A stretch of DNA of 48,923 nucleotides, from the NCBI GenBank assembly GCA_039024555.1, contig JBCCQQ010000049.1:1-48923 (forward strand). Direction: 5' to 3'. Under the pieces are notes generated by a model, which was not told the origin of the DNA, made no database searches, and saw only the letters and a list, made by a program, of their open reading frames with translations. A program made the position numbers and the translations under genes. This DNA comes from Cyanobacteria bacterium P01_D01_bin.156. Lineage in GTDB: Bacteria; Cyanobacteriota; Cyanobacteriia; Phormidesmidales; Phormidesmidaceae. Below are positions 46,761-48,923 of the stretch, piece by piece; the stretch's first letter is position 1, and each line of letters begins with the position of its first letter.

Positions 46761-48215
46761 ATGACACTGCCCTCAATTTTTTATGGTTTATTTTTGCTGG
46801 GTGTCAGTTCCATTTACTGGCTGTTGCCCAGTCGGGGGCTCAAGCTGTGGTACTTGCTGCTAATCAGTCTTGTATTCTACGCATCTTTACAGCTACAGTA
46901 TGTGCCGCTGTTGTTGGCTCTAGTGCTGGCCAACTATTTGATTGGACGACGCTTAAGTGCGCCGTTAGACTGGCGCATTCCCAATGAAGAATGGCACTTT
47001 GCCCAGCAAGATTGGGACCGTAAGCGATGGCTGCTGATGTGGGTGGGTATTAGCCTAAATGTAGTTCTGCTCCTGGGATTCAAATACGTTACGCCATTTG
47101 CATCCACCCTAAGCCCTAGCTTGCAGCTGCTAATGCCCTTGGGGCTGAGCTTTTTTTGCTTTGAATCCATTGCCTATTTGGTCGACATTTATCGGGGTGC
47201 GCCAGCGGCCGACCACTTTGTTGAATTTGCCGCCTACAAATTATTTTTTCCAAAGCTAATTGCCGGTCCGATCACTCGATTTCAAAGCTACATTGACCAG
47301 GTTAAGCGGCCTCGTTTCCCTAACCTGGAACAAGGGGTGGAAGCAGGCTGGCTGATTGCTTCAGGAGCGACTAAAAAGCTACTGATCGCCGATCGCATTG
47401 GCCTATTAGTTAACCTGAGCTTTGACAATTTAGAACGGGCTGGCAGTGGCGATCTGTGGTTAGCGATTTTTGCCTATGGATTGCAGCTTTACCTGGATTT
47501 TAGCGGCTACGTAGATATCGCCCGAGGCAGCGCCTTACTATTGGGCATTCAGCTCCCAAAAAACTTCGATTTCCCCTATTTCTCCACGAGCATTGCTGAA
47601 TTTTGGCGGCGCTGGCACATCACCCTGGGGGACTGGCTGCGTAACTATCTGTATTTCCCACTGGGGGGGTCACGCCAAGGGTTAAGTAGAACCTGCTTAA
47701 ATTTGCTAATCGTGATGCTAATTGCCGGTATTTGGCATGGCGATCAGTGGGGATTTCTACTTTGGGGAGCTCTCCATGGTCTAGCCTTGGTTATTCACCG
47801 ACTCAATCAGTCTGTTTGCGATACTCGTTCTGGTCTCAAAGCATTTTGGAGCAGCTGGCCGGGTGCGATCGCAGCTTGGAGTATTACCCAAGCATTTGTA
47901 TTCCTTAGCTGGATTCCGTTCCGTTTGCCAAACCTAACTGATATGCAATTGGTGGCTACCCGATTCTTAAATCAGGCTGCTGACATACAGTTTGGTCAAA
48001 AGGTCTATTTAGAATCCTTAGGATTTAGCCGTGGCAATGTTTTAATCATTCTGTTAGGGCTAGCAGGCGTTATCTCATTGCTTCACGGATTTAAGCATCG
48101 CCTCAAACTGCAGATCAGCTGGCCCCTCAAACTTATGCTAATTCCAGTTGGCTGCTATCTGGCTTGGCTACTGGCACCCACTGAGACTGTCCCCTACATA
48201 TACTTTGAATTTTAG
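46761..48215 (+). CDS. MBOAT family O-acyltransferase (AlgI/DltB-like)
   Basis: PLGLSFF, FFPKLIAGPI, DFSGYVD, FWRRWHITL and GIWHG. Confidence 0.95.
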   Translation: MTLPSIFYGLFLLGVSSIYWLLPSRGLKLWYLLLISLVFYASLQLQYVPLLLALVLANYLIGRRLSAPLDWRIPNEEWHFAQQDWDRKRWLLMWVGISLNVVLLLGFKYVTPFASTLSPSLQLLMPLGLSFFCFESIAYLVDIYRGAPAADHFVEFAAYKLFFPKLIAGPITRFQSYIDQVKRPRFPNLEQGVEAGWLIASGATKKLLIADRIGLLVNLSFDNLERAGSGDLWLAIFAYGLQLYLDFSGYVDIARGSALLLGIQLPKNFDFPYFSTSIAEFWRRWHITLGDWLRNYLYFPLGGSRQGLSRTCLNLLIVMLIAGIWHGDQWGFLLWGALHGLALVIHRLNQSVCDTRSGLKAFWSSWPGAIAAWSITQAFVFLSWIPFRLPNLTDMQLVATRFLNQAADIQFGQKVYLESLGFSRGNVLIILLGLAGVISLLHGFKHRLKLQISWPLKLMLIPVGCYLAWLLAPTETVPYIYFEF

Positions 48216-48421
48216 ACCGTTTCACAAAAGTAAATCCATAGAGATGATGTAGCCCTTTCAATAGGTATTTGCTTTCTACCCATTTACATTCTCATTCTCA
48301 TAATTGAGACATACACCTTTATAGATAACCTTCCCCTTTGGATATGACGTCATCCCTAGGGAAGCTCCAATTAGCTTATCTAAGGTATGAGAGCAAATAC
48401 TAAAGCAAACCTTAAGTAGTG

Positions 48422-48450
48422 TTGCGAAAAATAATAATAAGCGTTACATT
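48422..48450 (+). promoter_or_regulatory. Candidate psbA promoter
   Basis: TTGCGA (48422-48427), 17-bp spacer, TACATT (48445-48450), 80 bp upstream of the ATG. Confidence 0.5.
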
Positions 48451-48530
48451 TGTATATAAGCGAACGGAGAAAATAACTTATCTTCTCTGCGAGCTATACA
48501 TATCGTACCTTTACAACGCAATTATTCATC

Positions 48531-48923
48531 ATGACTACTACTCTACAGCAGCGCCAAAGCGCTAACCTGTGGGAGCAGTTTTGCCAGTGGGTAACCAGCA
48601 CCGAAAACCGCCTATACGTAGGTTGGTTTGGCGTTCTGATGATCCCCACTCTGCTAGCTGCGACTGCTTGCTTCGTAATTGCCTTCATCGCTGCTCCTCC
48701 CGTTGACATCGACGGTATCCGTGAGCCCGTTGCCGGTTCTCTAATTTTGGGTAACAACATCGTTTCTGGTGCTGTTATTCCTTCCTCCAACGCTATCGGC
48801 CTGCACTTCTACCCCATCTGGGAAGCTGCTTCTCTAGATGAGTGGTTGTACAACGGTGGCCCTTACCAGTTGGTAATTTTCCACTTCTTGATCGGTGTAT
48901 TTTGCTACATGGGTCGTGAGTGG
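48531..48923 (+). CDS. psbA: Photosystem II D1 protein, 5' partial (codons 1-131; not in the ORF track)
   Basis: [42 protein letters not shown]...[12 protein letters not shown]...[28 protein letters not shown]...YMGREW. Confidence 0.99.
   Translation, partial: MTTTLQQRQSANLWEQFCQWVTSTENRLYVGWFGVLMIPTLLAATACFVIAFIAAPPVDIDGIREPVAGSLILGNNIVSGAVIPSSNAIGLHFYPIWEAASLDEWLYNGGPYQLVIFHFLIGVFCYMGREW

Overview
Chromosomal window from a cyanobacterium, indicated by psbA, ppc, many HIP1 GCGATCGC octamers and conserved cyanobacterial hypotheticals. The left end (233-4360) is a complete integron: an intact IntI integrase, a putative attI at about 1433 and two closely related 84-bp attC sites. The first cassette carries a two-gene operon of a minimal CRISPR polymerase (mCpol, Cas10/GGDEF-like palm) and a CARF-like protein with two C-terminal transmembrane helices, i.e. 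a Panoptes-like cyclic-nucleotide signalling anti-phage candidate. The downstream cassette DNA holds a small Cys-rich membrane protein and a Tse2-like ADP-ribosyltransferase-fold gene overlapping a probable immunity gene. The rest of the window contains an HslV/proteasome-like Ntn protease next to an Lhr-type helicase, an Ada-like methyltransferase, a glutaminase, a GAF-PAS histidine kinase, and two convergent C39-peptidase ABC transporter/HlyD pairs (one lacks the catalytic His; no precursor peptide is visible). It also has a frameshifted filamentous-haemagglutinin-domain gene, a run of small enzymes, and thrC-moaD preceded by a perfect 43-bp palindrome with an IscR/Rrf2-type core. The right end holds a HerA-like ATPase, ppc, an SGNH/MBOAT acylation pair and the 5' end of psbA (E130, unusual Y73L). 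All family calls come from motif recognition by eye; no database searches were run.
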